40,499 nt of DNA from a virus (IMGVR_UViG_3300027892_000066:1-40499); one strand, 5' to 3'; counted from the first letter of the stretch, positions 18,775-27,683 are shown. Numbers and translations are program-made. The notes: a model not told the origin generated them from the letters alone.

Positions 18775-19704
18775 ATGAAAAAAATATTTTTTATAAACGG
18801 CGGCGCAGGAAGAGTGATAGCAAGTATCCCTGCGCTCGAAGAAAGTGAAAAGCGCGGAGAGCTCGCAGGTATAGTGTGTGAGGGCGGAATGGAGTTTTAT
18901 CTCGGACACCCTACACTACAGAATAAAGCATGGGATGTCAATCATAAAGGATTATTTGATTCTTTGATCAAGGATAATACCTGTGTGTCGTCTGAACCAT
19001 ATAGAGATCACGAATATTACAATCAAAAAAGCAGCTTACAACAGAGTTTTTGGTTTGAAATTCTAGGCGAAAGAACGACAACTAACAAAAAACCATTGAT
19101 TGTGTTAAGTAAGCACGAAGAAATGGTAGCAGTAGACGTGCTAACGCAAGTAAGAAAACAACATCAAAAAGAAAAAACGATAGTGATACAACCGTTTGGA
19201 CGTAGTAGTTCGATGTCTTCTGGTATTGTATATGATGGCAGTTCAAGAAGTCTCGAACAAACAACTTTCATGGATCTAGTGGCTGAATTAAGCAAAGAAT
19301 ACAATATTGTTTACATGGGCGAACATAAATTGGAAGTGGTAAATTTACCTATTTTTCAACCCAACGAACAGATGCCTTTACGTGTTTGGGCAGCAGTTAT
19401 TGAAGCAGCTGATTATTTTATCGGGTGTGACAGCGTTGGTCAACATATTGCCTATTCATTTAATAAACCAGGTACTGTGATCTGCGGATCCACTTTTCCT
19501 ATAAACACCACGTACCCAGAACATTTTAATATTGTGGAAAAGAAAGATGCTAAACGTGTGTATAGTCCAATAAGGATTGCAGGATTTGGGTCAGAAGAAG
19601 CTGACAGATTAAATGATATGTTGATGAATTTTTCAAAAGACGAATTGAAAGATATAATTGCTGGAATAAAAAAACATATGAAAAAAACTCTAGACAAAGG
19701 ATAA
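18775..19704 (+). CDS. Glycosyltransferase family 9-like (heptosyltransferase fold) protein
   Basis: N-terminal GGAGRVIASIPAL, IVIQPFG and C-terminal AAVIEAADYFIGCDSVGQHIA....KPGTVICGST (the GT9 DSG..H.A motif). Confidence 0.7.
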   Translation: MKKIFFINGGAGRVIASIPALEESEKRGELAGIVCEGGMEFYLGHPTLQNKAWDVNHKGLFDSLIKDNTCVSSEPYRDHEYYNQKSSLQQSFWFEILGERTTTNKKPLIVLSKHEEMVAVDVLTQVRKQHQKEKTIVIQPFGRSSSMSSGIVYDGSSRSLEQTTFMDLVAELSKEYNIVYMGEHKLEVVNLPIFQPNEQMPLRVWAAVIEAADYFIGCDSVGQHIAYSFNKPGTVICGSTFPINTTYPEHFNIVEKKDAKRVYSPIRIAGFGSEEADRLNDMLMNFSKDELKDIIAGIKKHMKKTLDKG

Positions 19705-19707
19705 ATT

Positions 19708-21402
19708 ATGTGGATGTTAGGTATAAATGTTGGACACAACGGTGCTACGGCTCTGTATAAAGATACCGAATTAATTTTTTATATTGAAGAAGACAGGTTA
19801 TCAAGACTCAAATATGATGGCAACCCGTTTGCAGGCATGTTACTTGCTTACGATTATACAGATCATATAGATTATCTTGTCATCTGCGGTACAAGAAACG
19901 CATTTGGTCAGGTTCCGTGGACTGGCGAGGATGCCTACACCTGTTTTATTAGGAAAATGCAACCCAACATAAAGGTTGAAACAATTAAATTAGGTGATGA
20001 TCATCATCTCACACATGCTTTCACTGCTTTTTATAACAGCGGATTTGATGAAGCAGCAGGACTAATCATTGATGGGGCTGGCAGTGGTTGTAGACTAAGT
20101 GAAGAACTCATGCACCAAACATGGGAAGTTGAGTCGATTTGGACTATGAATTATCCTGCAGAATTCCAGTGCCACTATAAGAATTATGGCACTAATCTAA
20201 TTGATAGTTTTACATTGAAAGAAAATGACAGTATAGATATTGAAATCTCTGACATGCACGGTATAGTAAAAAGTTATGAAGCTGTTACCCAATTTTTAGG
20301 ATTCCACGCCATTGAGGCAGGTAAAACTATGGGACTGGCTCCTTACGGTAAGCCTAATCCAAACATAAAAATTCACGATGGTAGATTTAATAATAGGAGT
20401 TTTATCAAGCCTAATTTTCCAGCGGGAAATTACGTAAGGTGCGATCTTGATACCGAACTAACAGCACTCAATGGAAATATATCTTGGCACGATGATCCCG
20501 AACTAGTTGGAGATTATAGAAAAGATCTTGCCTATGCTGTACAAAAATCTTCTGAGCAACGAGTATTTGATTTAATAAGAAAAACCATAGAACTTACTGG
20601 CATGAAAAAAATTGTCATGGCGGGAGGCTATTGGCTTAATTGTGTAGCAAATTATGAACTTTTAAAAGAATTTCCAAACATTGAATTTTATCACGAACCA
20701 GTAAGTCATGACGGCGGCAACGTCATGGGTGCTTGTCAATACATCTACAGACTAATATCAGAAAATACAACCAAGACTCCTTTAACAAGTTTATATCTAG
20801 GTCCTGATAGATCAGCTGACTATGAAAATGCAGATTTCAGTGGCTTTACCGTGGTAGACACCAGTGCTGCTGACGTAGCAAAACTAATTGCTGAAGGTAA
20901 CATAGTCACGTTATTTCAAGGACGCAGTGAAGCTGGTCCTAGAGCACTAGGAAATAGAAGCATATTGTTTGATCCAACGGTCAAAGACGGAAAAGATATT
21001 GTTAATATTATTAAAAAGCGTGAATGGTTTAGGCCGTTTGCTGGTTCGTGTCTTGCAGAAAAAGCCGGCGAATGGTTCGATCTAAGAACAAAAAACGAGA
21101 CACCTTTTATGATGTACGCAGTCGATGTGTTGGAAAACAAGAGAGATTTAATTCCTGCAATTACACACGTTGACGGAACATGCAGAGTTCAAACAGTAAC
21201 TGCCGAACAAAATAAACACTACTACGAATTGATTTCAGAATTTGATAAGATTAAAGGAGTTCCAATTTTATTCAATACCAGTTTTAATCTTGCAGGAGAT
21301 CCATTAGTTGAAAAACTTGTAGAAGCACTAGATACATTGAAACGTTCTGACATGAAATATCTATGGTTGCCTGAAATTGGCAAATTGTTAACTAAGGAAT
21401 AA
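19708..21402 (+). CDS. O-carbamoyltransferase, NodU/CmcH/TobZ family
   Basis: GINVGHNG, EEDRLSRLK, HHLTHA, IIDGAG, GKTMGLAPYG, AGG..LNCVAN, GPRALGNRSIL, KKREWFRPFA, HVDGTCRVQTV, NTSFNLAGDP. Confidence 0.95.
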   Translation: MWMLGINVGHNGATALYKDTELIFYIEEDRLSRLKYDGNPFAGMLLAYDYTDHIDYLVICGTRNAFGQVPWTGEDAYTCFIRKMQPNIKVETIKLGDDHHLTHAFTAFYNSGFDEAAGLIIDGAGSGCRLSEELMHQTWEVESIWTMNYPAEFQCHYKNYGTNLIDSFTLKENDSIDIEISDMHGIVKSYEAVTQFLGFHAIEAGKTMGLAPYGKPNPNIKIHDGRFNNRSFIKPNFPAGNYVRCDLDTELTALNGNISWHDDPELVGDYRKDLAYAVQKSSEQRVFDLIRKTIELTGMKKIVMAGGYWLNCVANYELLKEFPNIEFYHEPVSHDGGNVMGACQYIYRLISENTTKTPLTSLYLGPDRSADYENADFSGFTVVDTSAADVAKLIAEGNIVTLFQGRSEAGPRALGNRSILFDPTVKDGKDIVNIIKKREWFRPFAGSCLAEKAGEWFDLRTKNETPFMMYAVDVLENKRDLIPAITHVDGTCRVQTVTAEQNKHYYELISEFDKIKGVPILFNTSFNLAGDPLVEKLVEALDTLKRSDMKYLWLPEIGKLLTKE

Positions 21403-21406
21403 ATGA

Positions 21407-21985
21407 TTAAAGGCTTTGAGCAAATTCCAAGAGACTAGGAAATTCTTGAATTTTAAGTTGATGTGTCAACGCCAATGCCTTTACATTTACTTCACTGTTG
21501 GCAGGTTTTATAAGCACTGGTAGGGCTTTTACTTTCGCTGCAGCCTTTATATCGTTGGCTTCGAACCCAACGTAATAAGATTTAGACCAATCTACCATAC
21601 CTTCATTTTGTGCTTTTTCAAACATGCCTGCATTGGGCTTAACATAGGGATCATTTTTATCTGTTCCAGGCGCATAGTATGCATTTTTTATTCTGCCGCC
21701 TAGCCGTTCTACACCTTCTCTGGTAGAAGACAATATGTTTTCAAAATCCTGTATAGATAAATTTTTGGTTTTCTTTGATGGCTGTCCGGAAATAATCAAT
21801 AAATCATATCCTTTTTGAGACAGTAGTTGCACAGCAGTTTCTACACCGTCTGCTAATTGAAGTTGATCACCAGGAGTGAACGGTTTAGAATTATCAAAAA
21901 AAACTCCAAACAACGTAATTCCTAAGACTTTTCTATTGGCCTGAATAGCCCAAATATCTCGCATATAATCACTGTATCGACCCAT
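21407..21985 (-). CDS. HAD IIIA / GmhB-like phosphatase homologue lacking the catalytic DxD
   Basis: GVETAVQLL..KGYDLLIISGQ, GGRIK..YY.P, KPNAGMF, SYYVG....DIKAA match GmhB/HisB. Motif I reads GITLFG instead of FLDRDG. GAGG SD, with TAAGTA upstream (22005-22010, minus strand). Confidence 0.7.
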   Translation of the reverse strand: MGRYSDYMRDIWAIQANRKVLGITLFGVFFDNSKPFTPGDQLQLADGVETAVQLLSQKGYDLLIISGQPSKKTKNLSIQDFENILSSTREGVERLGGRIKNAYYAPGTDKNDPYVKPNAGMFEKAQNEGMVDWSKSYYVGFEANDIKAAAKVKALPVLIKPANSEVNVKALALTHQLKIQEFPSLLEFAQSL

Positions 21986-22077
21986 AATAACCTCTATTTT
22001 AAACTACTTAGCACTAGCGAACGAATCAACTTAGATTTCTGGAAACTTGTTTAAGCTAGAGCATAAATACTATACCT

Positions 22078-23508
22078 ATGTCAAACTCTAACTTTTTTAA
22101 AACCCTCAGGGTAGATCCTAAAGAAACTGCGTATCTTGATCGACAAACTGCGTCGAATGGCGACATCGCCTATGACAAGCAGGTAAAAACTCTACGAGTA
22201 TTTGATGGAACAACCAAGGGCGGCGCAGCTTTATCTCGAGCAGATTTAGTCAATGTGACCACTAACACATTCCGCGTCAAGTCTACAGAATCAAAGTTGG
22301 CCACAGTAACTTACACAGTTACAATCACTGGTCCTCAAGGTGGAGATACCGGAAACAAATATAATCTCAACGGTGTTTATCGTCCTATCCCTAATTTTGT
22401 GGTAGGTTATACCTATGTGTTCATACAGGATGATCAAACCAACGTTTATTTTCCAAATGCCAATGGTACCACCATTAACCAACATCCATTAAACTTTTCC
22501 GCAGATAATCTTAGCGGCATCATTGGCGGCGGCACCAGCTACCTTGTAGATGTGCGTTACTTTCTTGACAGTGTATCAGTAACCCAGGCAGTCTATAATA
22601 GTTCAGCATTTAACACAGCGGTTTCTAGACAGGTATGGATCACAGTGACCAACGTCACACCTGCTGTCTTATACTATTGGTGTTGGAATCACACAGCTAT
22701 GGGCAATAGTATTGCAGTAGCCGATCCCGGATCGGGTACTGGTACCGGCGGAGTGTCAGTAGAAGACAGTGTGCCTACTACTACAGATTCAGGCAGCTTA
22801 TGGCTAGATACCAACACCGGCATACTTTATGTTTATTACGACGACGGTACTTCCGGACAATGGATCCAACCAACGTTTCCTTATCCCGATGTTACAAACC
22901 TAGCCACTATTTCATCTCTATCAGCTGTAGCAACTTCTGGCAATTACAGTGATCTGGTCAATACTCCCTCTCAATTCGAGTTAAGTGTGGCTGCTGATGA
23001 TTCCACACAGATATCTATTTCTTCGGGAGAAACAATACGATTTGTAGGCGCAGGGGGAGTAACCACAACCAGTGATGGCGACGGCACGATCACTATAACA
23101 GGTGGTGGAACTACTGGTAACGTTACATTTTCAACAACAACTATAGATTCCACCGATTCGTCGGCTATAATTTTTACTCCTGCTGTGGTTATGCAATCAG
23201 ATCTCACAGTACAGAACGACTTAACAGTTAGTAATCTGTTGACTACAACATCTATCGATGTTGACAACATACGATTAACGGGCAGTCTGACAACACAGGG
23301 ATCGGGCACTCCTGAAATCGTTTCAGATAATGAAATATTGCTAACAGCAGGCACCCGTGTGCAAATAACTTCAAGTCCTTTAAAAATGGCATCTTTTACA
23401 TCTGCAGCAAGAGATCTTTTGACAGCGGTCAACGGCGATATGATATATAATACCACAACAAATAAGTTTCAAGGACGTGCCGCTGGCGCATGGGTAGATC
23501 TGCATTAA
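22078..23508 (+). CDS. Fibre-like virion protein with a cupredoxin-like domain
   Basis: TAAATA at 22064-22069. Motifs GDIAYD..KTLRVFDG, HPLNFS...LYYWCWNHTAMG, GSLWLDTNTGILYVYY and C-terminal NGDMIYNTTTNKFQG...W.DLH are fibre-type modules. Confidence 0.7.
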   Translation: MSNSNFFKTLRVDPKETAYLDRQTASNGDIAYDKQVKTLRVFDGTTKGGAALSRADLVNVTTNTFRVKSTESKLATVTYTVTITGPQGGDTGNKYNLNGVYRPIPNFVVGYTYVFIQDDQTNVYFPNANGTTINQHPLNFSADNLSGIIGGGTSYLVDVRYFLDSVSVTQAVYNSSAFNTAVSRQVWITVTNVTPAVLYYWCWNHTAMGNSIAVADPGSGTGTGGVSVEDSVPTTTDSGSLWLDTNTGILYVYYDDGTSGQWIQPTFPYPDVTNLATISSLSAVATSGNYSDLVNTPSQFELSVAADDSTQISISSGETIRFVGAGGVTTTSDGDGTITITGGGTTGNVTFSTTTIDSTDSSAIIFTPAVVMQSDLTVQNDLTVSNLLTTTSIDVDNIRLTGSLTTQGSGTPEIVSDNEILLTAGTRVQITSSPLKMASFTSAARDLLTAVNGDMIYNTTTNKFQGRAAGAWVDLH

Positions 23509-23511
23509 GCT

Positions 23512-25536
23512 ATGGAAAAAAAATATTATCAGTTAGGCACCCGTACTGAAGCTGAATGGGATGAGTTAAATGCAGAATTAATACGCACAGGTCAAATAAG
23601 CCAATACGTACCTGAAAGAACTGTAGACTGTGTAGATGATCAACTGCACAGTCTTACTCGAGGCACCTATCTACTCAGTGATGCTGAGGCAGAGCAGTTA
23701 AAAAACGATCCAAGAATAAAATTTATCAATCTAGATTACAAACGCTATTCAGAATTCACACCACCGCCCGACGAACTGCACTCAGTAAGACCAGATTTAG
23801 TAAACAGATATGCATCTAGTGTAAAAAATTACAGAGAATTTGAAGCTTCCAACACACCGGCAGCAACACCCAATACCTCAGACGTCAACAGAACTGGATA
23901 TCAGCTCTATAGATGCACACAGAAATTAGATCCTTGGGTAGATGCTGCGCTGGCAGACAATGCAGTAGTCGATACCAATATCCCACAATACGGGACAGGC
24001 AAGCACGTAGATGTCATAGTTGCAGATGACGGCACCTGGATCGGCCATCCAGAATTTCAAAGCAATTCTCTGTCTGATTCTAGTCCGTTTGCAGCTGTGC
24101 CAAAACCCAACGGATACACGGGTGGCAATTTACTTCCAGGCAACGGCACCTGTGATCTATTAGATCTTGTGTTGGATGCTCCATATTACATTGATCCTGA
24201 TTGGTTCAATGCTGATCCTGCAACAAGATTAATCACTAGGTGGGACGGCACCACGGTACCTGTGGAGTCAGTGGCAAGATCATGGTGGTCAGACAACTCT
24301 CAACGCAGCGCACAGTTTGCAAATGCAGGTACAGTGAGTGTTACTGCTTCGTATACTAGGGCAAACTGCAATGGCACTAACGCTGCAATATCTAATGAAG
24401 GCGACCACGGCACCTGTTGTGCTGCACTGACCTACGGAAGAACACAAGGTTGGGCCTATAACGCTAATAAATGGGTGTTAGATCTCTACGGCGGCTACGG
24501 TGCAGGCATAGAACAGGGCTTTGATATAATGAAAATATTTCATACGGTAAAGCCAGTGAACACTCTTTTTAATACTAGAAATCCCACAATAACAAGTAAT
24601 AGCTGGGGCTATCGAGCCAACAAAGATCCCGGCGGAGCAACTTATTATTACACTCATAGATCAACCAGCAACACTACTTATACCACCGAAGTAGGAATAA
24701 ATTGGCTGAGCCATATGGGCACACAGGGCGATAGCGGTCGCTGGAAAAGTGAAATGAAAACAAATTCACTAACCACAGCGCAAGAGGAACTGATTACCGC
24801 CGGAGTGATTTTTGTTGCAGCATCCGGGAACAGCAATCAAAAACAGGTGAACAGCAGTCATCCCGACTATAACAATTTTATTACCACCACCAGTGGCGGA
24901 AGTCTAGCTAATTCCACGTTCAGTGAGTTTGGAGTTGCAGTATATGGCACAACGAATCGCCGAGGATTCCCTCAACAAGGCGGACAATATACCGATGCCA
25001 ATGGCGCAGTGATTTATCCTGTGATCAATATAGGTGCATTGGATGATGATTACAAAACTTCAAAAGAAGCCAAAGTTTCTTACAGCGATAGAGGAAACAG
25101 CATAGATGTGTATGCTCCTGCAGATGGCACCTTGGCAGCTAATAGAAGCTATGCCACAAACTGGCCAAGACCTGATACCTATGCTACTCTCAGCGTCAAT
25201 GCCGGAAATACCACTGACGCTGCCTTTAGCGGCACAAGTGCTGCCTGTCCTGTGGCCACAGGATTCATAGCCACAGTGTTGGAATGGAATAGAGACTGGT
25301 CCTGGGTGGAAGTCAAAGCATGGCTGCAATCTCTAGAAACACAGGAAGCTGCCGATTTTTACTTTGGTACAGAATCAACTACAGTTAATACAGCCAATTG
25401 GCTGGATTATGAAAGTCTCGAAGGAGGCGATGCTCGAGTGATTTATCAAGGGATGATTGACGCTAGATTCAGGCCTGGACCAAGAATACTATCAACGGGG
25501 TTAGTAGTGAAAGGTCTTCGAATTAGGAACCGATAA
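23512..25536 (+). CDS. Subtilisin-like serine protease, peptidase S8
   Basis: Triad VDVIVADDG (Asp), DHGTCCAA (His), FSGTSAACP (Ser); oxyanion ASGNSN; YSDRGNSIDVYAP. The N-terminal propeptide-like segment reads LSDAEAEQLKNDPRIKFI. Confidence 0.88.
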   Translation: MEKKYYQLGTRTEAEWDELNAELIRTGQISQYVPERTVDCVDDQLHSLTRGTYLLSDAEAEQLKNDPRIKFINLDYKRYSEFTPPPDELHSVRPDLVNRYASSVKNYREFEASNTPAATPNTSDVNRTGYQLYRCTQKLDPWVDAALADNAVVDTNIPQYGTGKHVDVIVADDGTWIGHPEFQSNSLSDSSPFAAVPKPNGYTGGNLLPGNGTCDLLDLVLDAPYYIDPDWFNADPATRLITRWDGTTVPVESVARSWWSDNSQRSAQFANAGTVSVTASYTRANCNGTNAAISNEGDHGTCCAALTYGRTQGWAYNANKWVLDLYGGYGAGIEQGFDIMKIFHTVKPVNTLFNTRNPTITSNSWGYRANKDPGGATYYYTHRSTSNTTYTTEVGINWLSHMGTQGDSGRWKSEMKTNSLTTAQEELITAGVIFVAASGNSNQKQVNSSHPDYNNFITTTSGGSLANSTFSEFGVAVYGTTNRRGFPQQGGQYTDANGAVIYPVINIGALDDDYKTSKEAKVSYSDRGNSIDVYAPADGTLAANRSYATNWPRPDTYATLSVNAGNTTDAAFSGTSAACPVATGFIATVLEWNRDWSWVEVKAWLQSLETQEAADFYFGTESTTVNTANWLDYESLEGGDARVIYQGMIDARFRPGPRILSTGLVVKGLRIRNR

Positions 25537-25556
25537 ATAGTTTATTAGGATAAAAC

Positions 25557-27038
25557 ATGCCATTAAATTTTCCAAGTTCTCCTGCAGTTAACCAAGTTTA
25601 TACCGAAGGTCAAAAATCTTGGCGATTTACCGGCTCTGCATGGAATTTAATTACCAGTGGATTTGATTTTTCTACTGCCCCTAGTTTTACCAATATAGCT
25701 GTAGCTGGACAATCTACCATAGCAGCAGACACTGCCGCGGATACTCTTACACTGGTGGGTGGATCTGGAATCACAATTACCACCAATTCGGGTACAGACA
25801 CAGTGACAATCAATTCAACTGTGTCCGGTATAGGATCTTTAACATTTGTAGGAACCACTGTAGATAGTGCAGACAGTTCCGCGATCACATTTATACCTGC
25901 AGTTGCCTTTGATTCAGATGTGATAGTAGGCAATGAAATTGTATTTGCAGACGGTACCAAACAGGCCACAAGTGCGGTAGGTGTTCCGGGACCGGCGGGA
26001 CCGGCGGGACCGGCGGGAGCTTCAGGAGCAGGTACTGGTGATGTCCTTAGCTCCGGTGGCGGCTACGTTGATAACGCTATCATACGCTACGACGGTGTTA
26101 CTGGTACTATTATACAAAACAGCTCTGCAACTATATCAGATGTTGGACTACTTACGGCCACCAACTTTAGTGGCGGTGGTACGGCACTTACTGCCTTAAA
26201 TGCCGCAGAGTTAGCTTCAGGTATTATACCCGATGCAAGATTTCCATCTACGCTACCTGCAGTAAGCGGAGCGAATCTCACAGCACTTCCCGCAATACTG
26301 CCAGCTGCTAGTGGTGTCAACCTCACCGCTCTCAATGCCACACAGCTAACTTCGGGCACTGTACCGGTGTTGAGATTGGGAGATTCTGGAATCAGAGATG
26401 CTACCACCTATCTCAGAGGTGACAATACCTGGGCCTCAGTTTCGGCAGGCGGGTCTGACAGTTTTAGTACCATAGCAGTAGCAGGACAAACTTCAGTGGT
26501 GGCTGATTCAGCCACGGACACTCTTACGCTGGTTGCTGGTAGCGGCATAACGATAACCACAGTCGCAGGCACAGACACTATCACCATCACCAGCACAGCC
26601 TCGGGAGGCGCCAGTGCGTTTGATGACCTTACAGATGCAGTTTCTGCTTCTCTGACCATAGATCGAATATATCTTCCAGCAATCACCATGCTGGATGTAA
26701 CTGCCAATGGTACATCGGCCTATAGATTTGATCAGTATGGAACCGCAGATGATCCTACCGTATACGCTATCAATGGCACTACTATTGCATTTAATTTAGC
26801 CGGAGCCTCCGGACACCCGTTCTTGATACAAGACGGCACTGGAGTAAACTACGATACTGGCCTAGTGCATGTGAGCACTACTGGCGCAGTTAGTACAGGT
26901 TCAGCGGCCCAGGCCAAAACCAGCGGAACACTGTATTGGAAAATTCCTTCCTCCATATCAGGCGGCTACAGATATCAGTGCCAATCTCACCTAGGCATGG
27001 TAGGAACTATAACTGTCAAGAACTTCGTCGCTCTCTAA
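25557..27038 (+). CDS. Fibre-like virion protein with a short collagen stretch and a C-terminal cupredoxin-like domain
   Basis: TAAATA at 25534-25539 plus AGGA SD. It begins MPLNFPSSP and contains duplicated IAVAGQ...DTLTLV.GSGITITT modules, GVPGPAGPAGPAGASG, TTYLRGDNTW and GHPF...YQCQSHLGMVG. Confidence 0.72.
   Translation: MPLNFPSSPAVNQVYTEGQKSWRFTGSAWNLITSGFDFSTAPSFTNIAVAGQSTIAADTAADTLTLVGGSGITITTNSGTDTVTINSTVSGIGSLTFVGTTVDSADSSAITFIPAVAFDSDVIVGNEIVFADGTKQATSAVGVPGPAGPAGPAGASGAGTGDVLSSGGGYVDNAIIRYDGVTGTIIQNSSATISDVGLLTATNFSGGGTALTALNAAELASGIIPDARFPSTLPAVSGANLTALPAILPAASGVNLTALNATQLTSGTVPVLRLGDSGIRDATTYLRGDNTWASVSAGGSDSFSTIAVAGQTSVVADSATDTLTLVAGSGITITTVAGTDTITITSTASGGASAFDDLTDAVSASLTIDRIYLPAITMLDVTANGTSAYRFDQYGTADDPTVYAINGTTIAFNLAGASGHPFLIQDGTGVNYDTGLVHVSTTGAVSTGSAAQAKTSGTLYWKIPSSISGGYRYQCQSHLGMVGTITVKNFVAL
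25988..26018 (+). repeat. Perfect 9-bp tandem repeat (GGGACCGGC) x3.4 encoding Gly-Pro-Ala
   Basis: Read directly from the sequence. Confidence 0.9.
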
Positions 27039-27049
27039 TTGAGATAGTT

Positions 27050-27313
27050 CTAGCCTATATTTTTAAGTTTATTGTCTAACTTTTGTCTAATAGACAAAAT
27101 ATTTTGTCTCATATCCGAGCCGATAGAAGGCATTTGTTTAGTAATAACCATTTCAATGTGCATGCTATCTAGTTTTTTAACTTCGACAACTAATTTGTTC
27201 AACAGCCCGTTGGCTTCTTGTTTAAATTCGCCTTCTGGAATTTGTTGAATTTTGTCTAGATACCGTTGATAGTCTTGTTGAAATCTATTAGATTTCTGTA
27301 ATAGGTTTGACAT
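27050..27313 (-). CDS. Small helical hypothetical protein
   Basis: 87 aa, GGAG SD upstream, last gene of the minus-strand neck operon. Confidence 0.65.
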   Translation of the reverse strand: MSNLLQKSNRFQQDYQRYLDKIQQIPEGEFKQEANGLLNKLVVEVKKLDSMHIEMVITKQMPSIGSDMRQNILSIRQKLDNKLKNIG

Positions 27314-27683
27314 TTTCTAACTCCATAATAGTTTCGATTTTAATTCTGATCACTTGATTGTTTAGTGTGGTTTTTAAACCCAAATGCAGTTGTTTGGGGA
27401 GGTCATCGAGATCGGCCCAGCACACAGTCCTCACAGCAGAGTTCAAAAACTCTTGATCCACTACACACACATAGGTACCGTATTCAAACCCTCGGTCCTC
27501 TGACAGATATAATTCAATAGGTAGAATCCTACCGGTAGTGTACTCGTCTAGCAGATTTTCGGCATCTTCCAATAACGGTCCCGATCTTACGAAGGTGGGC
27601 ACAGTCCATCGTTGATCCTCGAGAATCAGCAGAATTCTACCTGTGGTTTTAGCTAAGAATAGTAGTCCGGCACGCTGTTGCAT
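27288..27683 (-). CDS. Degenerate NUDIX-fold-like protein
   Basis: AGLLFLAKTTGRILL...W.VP...F.Y.TYVCVV..EF...W...DDLP..LH resembles the NUDIX framework, but the GX5EX7REUXEE box is absent. TAAGTA-N5-ATG upstream. Confidence 0.5.
   Translation of the reverse strand: MQQRAGLLFLAKTTGRILLILEDQRWTVPTFVRSGPLLEDAENLLDEYTTGRILPIELYLSEDRGFEYGTYVCVVDQEFLNSAVRTVCWADLDDLPKQLHLGLKTTLNNQVIRIKIETIMELENVKPITEI

Noticed and set aside
9259-21985. Bacterial LPS or secondary-metabolite locus, or a prophage-host junction
   Set aside because: The block is flanked on both sides by virion genes, uses the same late-type promoter motif, and lacks transporters, regulators, an integrase and att sites.
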